Assembly (NCBI GenBank): GCA_017499595.2
Contig: CM039003.1
Span: 744,001-808,000 of the forward strand
Origin: Psilocybe cubensis
Taxonomy: Eukaryota
DNA length: 64,000 bases
Direction of reading: 5' to 3'
Positions 39,282 through 53,086 of the stretch are shown here, piece after piece. The notes under the pieces were generated by a model. That model did no database searches. It had not been told where the DNA came from and saw only the letters and a program-made list of their open reading frames with translations. How positions within the stretch are numbered: the stretch's first letter is position 1; each line of letters starts with the position of its first letter. The position numbers were made by a program, and so were the translations under genes.

Positions 39282-39914
39282 AAGTATCATCAACAAACAT
39301 GATGCCAACATTTGATGGACGAATTTCACAGTAGGGGAGCCTTACTTAACAGCAAGGCCATATTCAATGTTGAGGCGCAGCGGCCGCTCGCGCACAATGG
39401 GCCGTGTATTGCTAATAGTAATTCTATGCTGCTGAATCGTGCGCCTTGGTGCGCGGCGGCGTGCGCGTGATCCTTTGAACGTTCGTAGCGCTCGTATCGC
39501 TCATTAAACCGCGAACCGCGAACACCCGACGACGGCGCACGATGAACAGGCGTAAAAATTGCTCTGCGCCGTCCGAAATGACGTGCCAGGATGGGGCATG
39601 GATGTGGATGTGGATGTGGATGCATCCGCAAACCCAAACCCAAAAACGAAAAACGAAAAACGCATGCGCCGACAAATAACATCCATTATTCAAAGCGCTT
39701 AACGCGGAATTGCAGGGTGTTGACGAGCACTGTGATCATGATGCCACGAGCTCGAGCTTAATTATAAGCAAGTGGAGAAGTAAACCAAAAATGCGAAATA
39801 CAAAGTGATCTCTTTTTCGAGTCATTGACGATGTTCAATGGCAATGTTCAAATCCCGAATTCAATCAGAATACAATAATACATTCAACCCCACCCAACCA
39901 AAGACTCAGAGACT

Positions 39915-41578
39915 CTACGCAGTAGCAGCAGCACGCAAGTCGTTCGTATACAACGACACACCCTCAACCTGCGCAACCCACAAATCCCACGCGCGACCAA
40001 GGAGCGACGCGCCCTCGTTCGTAGCAGCCGCATCCACCGCCTCGCGCGCACTTAACCCCATATCCATATGCACCCCCGCGCCTGGCCCCCCTCCTCCTCC
40101 GCCAGCCAACCCCAACAACAGCGCCTGCATCTGCACAACCGCACTCTGCATCCCATAAAACGCCCTAAACACCGCATCCCGCACACCCGCCTGCTCACTC
40201 TGCGCACTCATAACAGCCATCCCATGGCCCCTCATCAGCACCACATTGCTCCCCTGCTTAAAGCTCCCCGCGAGCGCGTCGCCCAGCTGCACATCCCTAA
40301 TCAACAAATCGTGCGGTGCATCCGCTGGTAAAACGCTCTCCGGTAGAGCAGCGGTGTCGAAGATCGGCGTGCCGTTGGGGGTGAGAGCGCCGAGTGCGCC
40401 GGCTGCGGTGCCCATTTGCGCGTGCAGGCCGGTGTGGGAGACGCCGAAGGGGAGCACGGCGCGTGTGTGTGAGTGGATGACGGAGGTTGCGTTTGGGAAT
40501 GCTGCGTAGATCTGTGCGTGCGTGCGTGCGCGGGTGAGTGAGTGAGTGGGTGGGTGGGTGGGGAGAAGGGACACGTACCTGTGAGTGGATAAACCGCTCC
40601 AAAAAGCTAGACGGGATCGCATCGCCCGTCACACTACTATTAAACGTAAGACGCAGCGCCGTCGCGTTCTCAATCGCATATCTGCCACGCATATTACAAT
40701 TAGTATCAGTATTAGTATTAGTAAATTCACTGAGTCAAGTTCAAGTTAACACGGGCGCGACGATTATCAGCCTCAACGCGTTCCTCGAGATTCAATATTC
40801 AAGTGCATTTGCAATGGGAATGGAAAGAGGAAGCAACAATGGGATAGGAATATGGAAGACGAGTAGGGACAGGGACTCACGTAACTAAACTCTGCGCCGT
40901 CGTAAGCGCCGGTGCAATTGCGAACGACCTGCGCGTTCATGCGAGTTCAAGTCAGCACATTTTTAATATACACACGAATTACGATCACCACCACGCTATA
41001 ACACGCACATTATAAACTCGCTAGCATTATCCGGGTTCCGCGCAGAAATATGTCCAAACGCATCGACAACGTCGAGGAAGTGCAATATATCTGCAGGCAC
41101 CGCATAGCACGTGTTTGTTTTTCAACGTTTTTGGTTTTTTTTTTTGGCGATTGATTTCGAGTTCGGTTGGTTTTTGTGCCAGGTGATAATGATGATAATG
41201 TTGATGATGAGGTCGCGGTTTGGTTTGGTTTTTTAATTTGTAGGTGGTATTTATGGAGGTATGAGGTATCAAGTGATCCGAGTCAGCTTCACCGCAAACG
41301 AAAAACGAAAACGAAAACGAAGGAATGGAAGAGAGGGAAGAGGACGTACGGTTCGCATCGAGCAAGTCAGTCGCAACAGCCATAAGACTCGGACTTACTC
41401 CCATTTCGCTCGTTCCGTCTCCAGCGCCAGTTCCAGTTCCAGTTCCAAGTTCCCGAGCGCTAACACCGACACCATCAGTCTGCGCACGCACTCCCACGCC
41501 TCCTCCGACTCCTCCAGCGACGAAGAAGCACACCAAAAGACCCGCTAGCGCAGCCGACAGAAAGTTTATTCGCCACAT
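39915..41578 (-). CDS. Class II aldolase/adducin-family protein with a signal peptide (multi-exon)
   Basis: ILHFLDVVDAFGHISARNPD, ERFIHSQIY, metal-binding HSH, VLMRGHG. N-terminus MWRINFLSAALAGLLVCFFVAG. Confidence 0.85.
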
Positions 41579-43918
41579 CGTTTCCCTGTTTCCCTCGTTT
41601 TCTTTTATTTTTTTTTTAAAAAAAAAAACAGAAAAGAAAAACGATCTTTATCTGTTGACTTGAATCGACTCGGACCGCTTTGCTCTCTTCGCTTGTTGTC
41701 TTAGCTTGTGGTCCTCTTCTTTCCTCGTCGAGTTTCGAGTTTGGAAGCTTTATACCAACGAGCGAAATGTATCGCGTGCGCGTTCCTAATAATCAGCTAA
41801 CCGCTACCACCGACTCGGAGCACAGTCGCAGGTCCCGGTGTCCAATGGTACCAAATATTGAGTGTCGAGTGTCGATTTTAGGTTTGGTTCTGGATTCAAG
41901 GCAGGGATTACACTCCTACTGTCCAGAGAAAAGCCTGAGAGTGGGAGAGGGAGTGGTGGAGGGGGATGGTGAGTACACTGTATCTGTATCCGTACCCGAG
42001 ACTCGTATATGTACTGCCAATTAGTACCTATTCTAATTCTAACTCTCGTTCTTCCTTCTACTCCTCATTCTGATTTTTTCGCTCTCACTGCACCACCACC
42101 GCGGCAGCACGGCTCGCAGCGGTCCAGATCCCACGAATCACGAATCACGAATCTCTTTGAGTAATGCCGCCCCGAATGTCTGCTGCGTACCCACAACCTG
42201 CATTCGCATGAACCCCATGCGCAAGGATTTAGACACCAAGGGATCAAGGGACTAGGGAAAGCCCGGACGTAATGAGTCTGAGGTCTGACATTCCAAGCTC
42301 GAACTCTGCGGAGACCGACCGGAAATAGCAGAGGTCCTGAAATAACAAATAATATGACATGGAACTCTGGAATCCACCGGATTCTGGAAAACGACGACAT
42401 AAGGAGAGTATAACGATTTTTTAATTTTATTTGTGATGTATGACAAAAGATGACAGGAGGAATTAATATGTGGGATTGCGTGTTTGTTGAAGTATTTGCG
42501 TGCACATAAAAGGAGAGAGAGAGAGAGAGAGGGAAGTAGAAGAAACCAGGAAAGCAGGAACGAAAACAGAGTCCGGAGCAAGAAAGTAAAGACAAGCGGA
42601 ATTGACACAGGTGAGCGGGTTCCTTGCCGGCGGGACCATTTGCCAGTGCCTCTGGGATGAGATGAGGCCAATGACGTCCTGTCCATATCCACTGAATCCG
42701 TGAGTCCAACGCTGATCCCATGGGATCTATCACAAGACACCCACACCCACACCCTGATGACCCCGTGCCACAGCCAAAAAACAGTGTGGGAGAGGCGGTG
42801 GTGTAGTGTGTGTATGCGCGTTCCTCGAATTTCAAGCGATACTAGTATTATTAGTGACTCACGACTTCGCGCGAATGTATGACCTACAAATCAGATACAC
42901 ACGGACGCGGACGCGAGTGTCAATGTCATGCCATGGTATTGTATGGCTGGTACAATTTACGATATGTCATAGGAAGTATTATTATAATTATACAGAGCAC
43001 AGTTATTAATACTGCAGTACCAATTTGTACTGTGAATCCCAGAATTTAATACTCCCAGCCTGAGTGTCGCGGCTCAAGCTTCAAGCTTCAAGCTTGAACT
43101 CGCTTGCGAAGGTGCGAAACGATGCCAAAATGATCTTCCGCTGAATTTCCCACACACCAACGCTCGAGCTTGCGGTGGGGAGAGGGAAGTGACCCCACGC
43201 ACACGCACATAGAGACACAAGCGCATTCGCACAATTTGTCTTGACCCTTTATCATGTATCATCGCAAGCCACGTTCGCCGTTGACCAATGACAAGACGCG
43301 GACGCCGGACGCGCTCTTCCCGTGCCGCGCGGCGCGGTGGGGGTAGATATGGTATGCACAGTGGCAGAAGATCCAGAGTTCAAAGTGAACAATGAACGAC
43401 TCGGACTCTCACTCGCTCACAGATCCACACGTCTAAGCCGTTCGGTCCATCTTCCCCATCCACCCACTGCCCATCAACTAGTACTAGTAGTACTGGCATC
43501 CGCTACATAACTACATCATAACCACCAGTCCCGAAAGTCATCCGGGACCTCCACTCGCACTGTCATGACTCTGGTTCAACACGAACACAGACGCACACAG
43601 AAGGGGTAACAGTAACCCCGGATTCCAGATGGGGATGTGTCAACGCCGTCGAGCGCTTATGCTAAAGTGGAAGCAGTTGGGTCAAGTAGCACTCATCAAT
43701 CAGGCTCGACGCCGATCAAGTTTTCATTTTGCCCAAGCAAAACGGTCACTATCCATCTGTCAGTCAACATTCTGATCCTACAAAGCTACCTACGTACGAG
43801 CCTCTAACCTTTACACCGGTGATTCCCGACCAACGTGCTCGATATAATTTCAGAAAAATATATCAAGAAAAAAAAGGCACCATAAATCAGAGCGTCAATG
43901 GTAAGTAATTGCAAAACG

Positions 43919-44007
43919 TTCGCGTACGGGGAATCGAACCCCGAGCTACCGCGATCACTCTCGAAAGACATGAAAGGCGGTAATGTTAGCCGTTACACCA
44001 TACACGA
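43919..44007 (-). tRNA. tRNA-Glu(TTC) with a 17-nt canonical intron
   Basis: Acceptor stem TCGTGTA/TACGCGA, D arm TGGTGTAACGGCTAACA, anticodon stem ACCGC-CTTTCA[intron]C-GCGGT, T arm GGTTCGATTCC. Confidence 0.93.
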
Positions 44008-44838
44008 CATACCCTTGTTGTTTTCTTTTACCACAACAGGGGAAGGAGGCTCGGGGCTATAATTAGCCGATAATGTCATAGAGCCTAGGCCCTCTGGCCT
44101 CAGTGCCGAAATGCGGCAAGTCACTTCTCTTCAAATTTCAAACCAAAGTCTGCGAATGCGTTTCGCCGGGACGGGGTTGATGATCAGCTTGAGCTTGAAC
44201 TTCTACTACTGCCTCAAGGTGCGATACAGCAGGCGCATCCGGGGTCTTTCGTTAACGAAACTGCAATGGCCATGCTGAACACCGTGACCATTGATAATTC
44301 AAATGAACACGACAGTAAGCCAGGGTAAGTGTAAGTCGACATCGAGCCATCTCCGTTGCATTGTCAATTGATTGATTTCCATTCCTTTGAATGAAGAGCA
44401 CAACCACACAGACTTCCATGGTGCGAGCACGTTGGACTGTAAGATAGATGACGGTCGATGATCTTCCGATAATTCCAATGCCAATCATCTGGATGTAGGA
44501 ATGGAATAGATGCACGCTTGCAAGTTGCTGTCGCTGATGCTGCTGCTGGTAGTGGTGATGGTGAGAATCACCTGTAGTAGCTACAATAAACGTAATATAC
44601 TGGGCAGTTGCCCAAATGCACGGCAACGTCTACGTGGGCAACTTCCCCAACTGCCCAAAAGTAACGTTCAGAGGGTTGTTGAGGGGAATTTAGCTGCCGA
44701 AACGTCTGCCGGGCCATGCTGGTGCAAACAATGCACCAAATGGCCCCGCAGGGCGCGAAAAGCCGTTTTTAGGTTGTTTTTGGCGGGATTTTGGCGGGTG
44801 GAGGTCATAGATGTGCTAATGGGAATTAATGATGGCGC

Positions 44839-45524
44839 TCGCGCCTATTTGCGCGCCCGAAATCGGTGGCGGCGGGGTGGATGGCGGCGGGTGTGGTTGG
44901 ATGACGTTAGGATATTAATAGATGCACTTACCGAATTAGCAATAGGCGTTCACGGATGCCCTCCAGGGTGTCTAGATGTCTTCCTGGCGTATTTCAAGCG
45001 GGGAAAAGAGGTAGTATTATTCTTAGAAATATATTGTGGGGTTCGCGCCTATTTGCGCGCCCGAAATCGGTGGCGGCGGGGTGGATGGCGGCGGGTGTGG
45101 TTGGATGACGTTAAGCTATTAATAGATGCACTTACCGAATTAGCAATAGGCGTTCACGGATGCCCTCCAGGGTGTCTAGATGTCTTCCTGGCGTATTTCG
45201 AGCGGGGAAAAGAGGTAGTATTATTCTTAGAAATATATTGTGGGGTTCGCGCCTATTTGCGCGCCCGAAATCGGTGGCGGCGGGGTGGATGGCGGCGGGT
45301 GTGGTTGGATGACGTTAAGCTATTAATAGATGCACTTACCGAATTAGCAATAGGCGTTCACGGATGCCCTCCAGGGTGTCTAGATGTCTTCCTGGCGTAT
45401 TTCGAGTGGGGAAAAAAGGTAGTATTATTCTTAGAAATATATTGTGGGGTTCGCGCCTGTTTGCGCGCTTAAAATTAGTGGCGGCGGGGTGGATGGCGGC
45501 GGGTGTGGTTGGATGACGTTAAGC
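44839..45524 (+). repeat. Left subterminal array, ~3.4 x 204 bp
   Basis: CGCGCCTATTTGCGCGCCCGAAATCGG recurs every 204 bp. Confidence 0.95.
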
Positions 45525-45855
45525 CTTTTAAGCTATTATTATCTAGCAGTACCAAAATAAACTGATTGGATCAGTGTACTCGTGATGGCAACTGGTACCA
45601 CTACATAATTATATTATGTCAAATGAATGTTGTCTTGTAGTCTAACGGTTAGCTCTGCGACCTGCTTTTTTAGTTGCCAGTTCCAGTCCGTGCTGTGAAC
45701 GTTTCGTCAAGTCTGGTAAAATTTGTCATAATGACAGATACTCTGCAGTATAGTTTAGGCGTACATTATTGAGATTATACATGATTCTACATTGACAGAC
45801 TAAGTGTTTCTCCGTAATTCTATCAAGTCCTGTGTATAACACTACATTACGCATA

Positions 45856-48800
45856 TTATTCAATAATTGAGGCCTCCAATTCTTCTTCTGTCTCATCACC
45901 TCCGTCATCATCTTCCATCTGCACTTCTGAAGTCTGAGCAATATCCAACGCAGGATCCAGAGCGTGTCGCCACAGCTTCTCACAATGAGCACCTAATAAT
46001 TCCTGAATCTCTGCTTGCGATAATGCATATGCTGAAATTCCTTCGAGTAAATCTTTTGAGGCACCCTCTCTTGCAACCCCATTTTGACGACTTCTCCACC
46101 AATCCGCTTTCCAACTGAAAAACGCCAATGCCCGTCGCATCTCCTCTTTAAGTAGCATGACCTCCTCCGATGCACGTTGAGATCTTGCCCTGCTTTTCGC
46201 CCATTCAACTCGCATGACATTATCTTCCTCTTCCTCTGAAGCTCCTCCCAGATTGACTGTCCAAATCCAAGAAAGGGTTCGCCGAGTCTCCCCAGATCCG
46301 TCTCGCCGAACTCGATTATCATCCAAGAGCGTCAATTCTTCTTCTTCTTCTTCTTCATCCTCCTCGTCGTTGTCTACCCCTTCGCCTTGTCCAAGTGAAG
46401 CCTCAGCAACCTGTTCATCGTCCAAGGTCCCTCTGCGACCGGCCTTCTTTCGTATTCTTTCCGGATCCTGATATCCCCTGATATCCTTGTCTTCCAGCTT
46501 TTGAAAGGTTTCTTCCCAGTCGCCTGGACCACGCAATGACATGTAGGCAACCCGTGCTGCGCGATACTTCTGGGCGGCAAACCTTGCCCTTTCATGAACA
46601 CGGTCGATGACAGACGTTGATCGCGTGCCGTCTCGCTGTCCTCTAATGTTCTTTTTCTTGAAGTGAATCATTCTACTCTTGAACTTCAGAATTTGTCGGA
46701 GCGTGCTGAGAGAATCTATAAGCTGCGAGTGCCAAAGTTTCTCCTCGACCAACGGAAGCTTGTGAGTTGATATGCAAGATCTGTGAGGTTCTGGAATGGT
46801 TGATGGTAGTCGGAGGATAGAGTCTTCAGGATTCTCCGTATTTGTAGTGATAGGATGGTCGGCTTGGTACTGAAGAATGCCTGGCATGTACACGGGCTGC
46901 AGTAGCTCCCAAGCACGGATCCGCGTTGACAGTATGTTTCGCTGCTCGGTCAATGACCCGGCCTGTCTGACTGTGGATAAATCACTAACACCCTTGGCAA
47001 CCTTTTGAATACGACGTCTGGAAGTTAAGTTAGCAGGTATACAATCTGAAGGGGTAGAAGCGGGACTTACTGTGCTTCTTCAAGGTCAAGTCCCTGAGAG
47101 ATGAACATTGAAGCTGTTGTAGCATGCGGAAATGAGCCGCCCTCAGCAAGGAATGCCGCTTCCGCTTCAGCCAGGTCCTTTTTAACTTGGGCCTCCGAAA
47201 GAGCTTTGTTTTTCCGTGTCCATCAGTTCAGCATTCAATGAAACGGAACCGTCACTTACTGTTGTCCGGCATGTCGTACGGATTTGGAACAGTTTTGGGA
47301 AAGGTGTCGGCCTCCCATGCCTCACACATGGCCTCCCACTGCTCGACCTTTTCCTTGTGTTCCTTCTGCAGAGACCTTGTCAAGCCACGATGACCCTCTG
47401 TTTGAATGTTTCTCTCTGTTATGGCGTTTCGGTACCGTCGTAGCAGGGTCGTACTGAGAGACGAATATTTCTGCCAGTTCCAAAAGCCGAAATGGTCGTC
47501 AAGTGTATCCTGCCTTGTACCGGGGCCCTGAGTTTTCGTAGCGTTTGCGAGAGGATTATGTGGACCCCAAACACGCTCAGGGCATTCCCCATCTGTATGA
47601 CCCACGCCGGGAATCAGATTTAGGGAATATACATGGTGATTTTTCTCCTTGTGCATTCTTTCATGTAGCTTGGGGATTGCTGGAGTGAGGCGGAGGTTTT
47701 GCGGGGGTTTGATTTCAGGAGGCCAGTCCTCCTTTATTCTTTTCAACAACTTTGTGAACCACTGGCAGCATACATTGTAGCTAGCCAGCACCAAACAAAT
47801 AGCTAGCGTCTTCAATGCCATTCCAAAGACGTAATCCATATTGGCATAACTGTCAATAAAGATCAACTCAAAAGTTATAGCTAACGCGCATATATTCAAC
47901 ATACCGCTCGCCTTTTTGCAAATTCCCAACAGAGGTCGGAAATATCATCTCCGAACGGCCGCATATAGCTGCACCAACGCCAGTGTATCGCAAGCCCTTG
48001 GAAAACTTGGTGTTGGCCTTTGCGAGGGCTTGAAATCCGACACATGTACTGATCTGAAGCACAAATTTCATTGGAATGGTCACCATGGAACATCGAGTAC
48101 ATACTTACATCTTTCTCGCTTGCCTTGCTCTTCACATAGCTTTCATATTTCTCCTTCTCAATCATATATGCCCACCCCGTTCCAAGCCCAGGATCTTGGG
48201 ATGGATTTGACACCATCTGGTTTTTCAACCGGAAATTTGCGTCCATGCAAATAAAAACCGCATATAAAAACCTGAATATGGCCAATTAAAGCATGTTATT
48301 AGAATAGAGCGGTGAGACTTACTTCTTAGCATCCGGAACACTGCTCCAATCCTCAGGAAGGTTAATTCCCGGATGAGGACAGGTGGGACACCGAATGGCG
48401 AGTTCTCCAGGAGCAGTCCCTTCTACTCCTGAGATGCTATGGCCACGACCCGCCCACTTGAGCATGTGAAGATGCCTCCACTGCACAACCATCCGCATTA
48501 GTGGCCGATACCGTGAATTTGGAACGTTAATCCCCAGGTTTGTTGTGGTCTTCTCCAGACAACGATAGAAATCATATGTGGAAGCCTTTGTTGTGAGCGC
48601 CATCTTGTGCAAGTGTTGAAGGAGCTCAAACGTAGCTACAGTCTTGACGGCCAGTTGGGTTGCTGGATACAGTCGACGTCGAAGAAGTTGAAGATGGGGT
48701 GCGATTGCTCTCTGACATTGGCAGTACTGGATGTTGACAGAATGTATTCCATTTGTATGAAGTACTAGCATGCTTCTGTGACAAGGAACCGGCGATTCGC

Positions 48801-49623
48801 AGTACCCCGCGGAATGGTTGAGCTGGACAATCAGTCCAAGGCTTCTGAGTGACACCTCCGTGAAGTGAGAGCCAGTCCACCTCTGAGGAGATTATTTTGT
48901 TAAAAAAATATTACAATCATGGAAATGGGCGAAATACCTCAATACGATGTAATGGATTCAATCTATGCCGCCGTACGCAGCAACTCTGGCAGGTGAGGTC
49001 AGGGTAAAAACACTCCTGACACCGGTACTCAGGGACGCCGGGAACGTCTTTTGAACGAGCTACACAATCAGGGCAATGTTTGGCATGGCGAAAGTCTCCA
49101 CGCCCAGCCCAGCGAATAATCTCTTCAAGGTATGACTGTCGATATGTTTCCTTCCAAACCACATGCGGTCGTTTCTGTTAGATATATAACAATAAATTTG
49201 ACGGTGTCATCTGGAAATACAGAAGACGCTCACTGATACTTTGCTCCTTTGCTTTTTTTCAGGCTTTCCGGGTTCAAGAGGTGGTTGCACACTTGTCAAA
49301 TTTTTGTCTTGCTCATTGGCGTGATTGTCGGTTACCACCTCGGAATAAATGGCATTGTCAAAGTCATTGCTGTCCGGATTGAGGTCCAATTCTTCATCGT
49401 CAGGCGGAGACCACGATGCCCACTGCAGCCACGAAGTTCCAGCCTCTCGCAGCGGCGAATGTTCAATGCGCGTTGCACGCCTTGATCCCCCAATGCTTCG
49501 TATAACGCCTTCGCTGGAGTGCACTGTGTCGGGGTCTTCAAGGTCGTCAATCTCTTCGTAGTATGATCGTTTGAGGTGCGCGTCAGTACCAGTACGCCGG
49601 CGCTTGTTGGGCCTCAATGTCAT
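45856..49623 (-). CDS. KDZ transposase with CxC2 cysteine cluster (multi-exon), possibly a catalytic mutant
   Basis: YRCQEC..CQSCCVRRHRLNPLHRIE, LGLIVQLNH, HTNGIH..IQYCQC, CPTCPHPGINLP, MDANFRLK, LQKGERYANMDY, SYNVCCQW, TDGECPERVW, DTLDDH, EWAKSRAR...EEMRR. Confidence 0.9.
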
Positions 49624-51296
49624 TGATATGAATGAAGGTGATATCCAAAGTTGGTAGTTTTTAATTATGAAGATATCAAATGGCCTTTGCAATGCAAATC
49701 GATACTCCAAAAAAACTAGATCACATGAAGAGCGTGTTTGCGCACGTGAACAAGAGACGTGTGCAACTCATCATCAGTAACTCGGTTCAGTAATTGCTAG
49801 GGGGCCTGAATCATTTTCTTTAGCCACTCACATGCGATTTTCTGTGCTTTGAAGTACATCTCAATTGCAGATAATCCTGCATGTCACTATTATCTGGCAA
49901 GTTTGGCTCGTCCTTTGTTATGCCGGTGACCGGAAAACCCCATGCCTGGGTATACACTATCGCCGGCATGCAGCTGTGCATTATGATCCTATGCATCAGT
50001 GGTAGAAAAGTGCTGAATTACCTCCATTATTTTACAGGGCGATACACTCGGCGTGAACTCGATCGTTTTATGTGTTACTTTCAGCATGTATGATGCTGTT
50101 GACGAATGGCATCCAAACAATTGGGACGGACAAGGAGGTACACATATATTAGAAGGGGCCGCAGGTGCGCTTGTTATCCCAGCGGCGTTTATATGATATT
50201 GACTTATAATAGATGTGGATATTTCTCACCAGAATGCCCATGCGTTGTGTCATATGTGCCGGCTACCCCAGCGATAGTGGTTGGGCACAGCTGATACCCG
50301 CCATTGACGGTGACATGTCACCTCTCTTCCAACCGGTGTATCGTAGGGCGGATGCAAAAAGAAGCCAGATGTTGGGGTGATTGCAAAACTGCTTTTCGGA
50401 AGGTTGGTACGGGGCAACCTTCGCATCATGTATGCGATTTCTTATCTCCTCTCGCTTGTCGTCTGAAATTGTGCAGCTGTTATGTCCATATGTTGCTATC
50501 TACTGCTTCAAAACGGTCCAAAGGCCGCCATGCTTCCAATCGTGACCAAGTAACTTGTAAAAAGCATATACTCCTATCCATTAACCTTTTTTTTTCGACT
50601 CGCGTGCTGATTCTTAGCGGTAAAAGCCCCATTGCTACGGTAATATCTTGCGTTTCACGTATGCTGTCCGTCTCATTATAGCATATATATTTGTATAACA
50701 TCCTGTAGTATACATAAATGCAATTGTTGTGTCACCATAGAAGAGTGGTGGGAGTTCAGGCCTGTTTCACGTCAAAAGCGTGCGGTGATATTGGGGCGGT
50801 GATTCTTAGACTGTAATATTCAACCTGTAATATCTTTGGCAGTTCGTTGCTAAATTGTACTAAATTATACATACTAGACGTTAAGGTACACCCCTATCGA
50901 TTGGAACAGTAACTTCGGAGGGAAGGGCAGAAAGGAAATTGTAACACTTAAGATATCTAAACCTCAAAGATCCAAACGGCGCGATTTCTTAATAGTGGCA
51001 TCACCATAAATTTGACCATATCTATGATTGGTAGTACACTTGTGATAAAGGTTATACATAACTTTTTCAATGTAGTACATTGGTAGACTTTATATCTGCT
51101 CTTTTCTACTCCACCTCGTCCTTGTACGTACGACAATGAGCCACTCAAAATCAATGCTTTTGTTCAATTGAAGGTTGCCATCCGTTTTTGGAAGTACCTA
51201 TATTTAGATTGTGCTCATTAGATTGGCGATTGAGCAAACCTATTTGCAAATTAAATCTCTTCTCCTTAACTGTCACATCAAAACCACAACCTCTCA

Positions 51297-51735
51297 ATGA
51301 CCAGACGTTGGCACATCAAGCTCGATCCCTATGAAACAGAGCTTCTTCGTAAGCGACTGTACTACTATGCGTAAGTGTTATCAGTAACAAACATTCCAGT
51401 CCCCCCTGACATCATACAGCAACAGAGAGCGTGAGCGTGAAAAGTGCCGTGAATACAAGCGGCGAAAGCTGTATGTAAAAATTTTCTTTCAGTTACAGAT
51501 ACCGTAGACTTAAATCAACAACTTGCAAGGCTTGAACCAAAGACTCCCGAGCAGGCAGCATTGGAGAAGGAGAAGCATAGGGAGGCGCAGGCTCGATATC
51601 GTGAGCATCACAGAGAGCTCATCAATTTGCGGGCCCGGAAAGCAAGGTGAGATATACATCATGTCTGTCAAATAAAAGTATTTACTCTGATAACCATACA
51701 GATACGAACGAAAAATACTCTCAAGGCGAAACTAA
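51297..51735 (+). CDS. Small basic helical protein (~92 aa, 4 exons), transposon passenger
   Basis: Three GT-AG introns give MTRRWHIKLDPYETELLRKRLYYYANREREREKCREYKRRKLLEPKTPEQAALEKEKHREAQARYREHHRELINLRARKARYERKILSRRN*. Confidence 0.65.
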
Positions 51736-52067
51736 CAGTAGCCTCAAATGAGCAGGGATGTATTACATTGAGTGCTAGAGTATAACAAGTACATGCTGTA
51801 TAAAATTTCTTATTGCGTAACATTTGCGCTACAATGAATGGCCGGCTATGGTGTAATCAATTTTTCATTTAGAACTATGTGCGCATTTCAAATCAACTTG
51901 ACGGTTTTGTACAATACCAAGGATTGCGTTCGAGCCAAGCCGCCTTAGGTATTCTTGGGTGTTCAAAAATAGACGCTTTCGGCCGACTTAGAATTTAAAA
52001 AATTCTACCATGGGCGAAGAGATGTATTTGGTTGATACCAATTAGAAAGTAAACTAGAGCTACTGTA

Positions 52068-53086
52068 CTACTTTTTGCTTTTTGACCACGGATCCTTGCT
52101 ATCACAATAATCCGCCCACATGTACTTGTATCTGTCTAACACACGGAAGGCAGACTCCATTCGCGCGTCCTCCAGCCGCTCTCTAATCGGAGGCGGATAG
52201 GCTGCCAGTGTCGGAGAAGCGGATTGCCGGGGACCAAATACAATACGAGCGGCTTCTCGGTATTCAGGGATGTCATAGGGGCACGGTGGTGTCAGACTGC
52301 GCGACTTTGACTGAGAACTTGATGATGATGAGCCAGATGATGATGAAGACATACTGGACTCTGAAGAAACAGAGGATGACCGGGCTGAGACCTCCGGAGT
52401 AAGCTGTCGGCGAGAGCTGCTTGCAATAGGCTGGGAAGCAGCGGACAATTTTGAAGAATAGGATGAACGCGTGGGGCGTCGAGCCATGGTGGCTGAGGGT
52501 GCAACGGGATCAAATCGATGTTGTCGGCGCCGGCTGCTTGATAAACGAACGCGCGGTGAGGTTCTTTCGTCATCCGCCTTCGCCTTCTGTTTCCCTTTAG
52601 CCTGAGATCTGGTGACCATAGGCCTCTGCTGGGCCTGAGACCTGGTCAGCATTGACCTCTGCCTTCCGTTTCCTCTGACAGCGGTGGGCATGCTGGATCC
52701 AGAATCCGAGGGAGTGAGCTCTCTGGGGTCGAAGTTGAGCATAGCATCAAGTTCTTCCTCGGACGTCATGCGTGTTGGCGGGGGGATTTGAATTTTGAGA
52801 GGGGATTCTTCTTTTTTGACACCGGGATGAGGACTTGGTGTTGATGCCGCAGCTGAGATGAGATAGACATCGCCAGCAGTGCGGCGTTCGTCAAGGAAGA
52901 GTTGCAGTGGGCGGGATGGCACGGAGAGAAGGTGGTCAACAGAATAATCTCTGTTGAGTATATGAGGTTGAAGCAAGAGGGCAAAAAGAACAAAACAGAC
53001 CTATGATCCTGGAGTATCTTGTCAATGGACCCTCGGACGACGAGGACAAATGTAGAAGCGTTCTCCCCTTCTTCCGCATCTGCCAT
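52068..53086 (-). CDS. Ser/Arg-rich hypothetical protein, transposon passenger (two exons)
   Basis: MADAEEGENASTFVLVVRGSIDKILQDHR splices to the 302-aa ORF. TRSQA repeats and a poly-Ser tract. Confidence 0.6.

Noticed and set aside
38411..39359. 10-bp inverted match GGCCTTGCTG / CAGCAAGGCC as possible TE ends
   Set aside because: Too short and no TSD.
44007..44596. tRNA-targeted insertion of the KDZ element
   Set aside because: The element lies ~590 bp from the tRNA. One instance is not evidence of targeting.
44510..45472. 320-aa and 346-aa (56332-57372) ORFs with 68-aa repeats
   Set aside because: These translate the 204-bp TIR arrays, whose unit is divisible by 3. The left ORF starts outside the element and the right uses a non-ATG start. 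Not treated as genes.
44839..45524. CRISPR-like array
   Set aside because: The units are near-identical throughout with no unique spacers, and the context is a eukaryotic transposon.
49700..51200. Possible TET/JBP gene inside the KDZ element
   Set aside because: Only short ORFs. I could not find an HxD...H 2OG-Fe motif arrangement.
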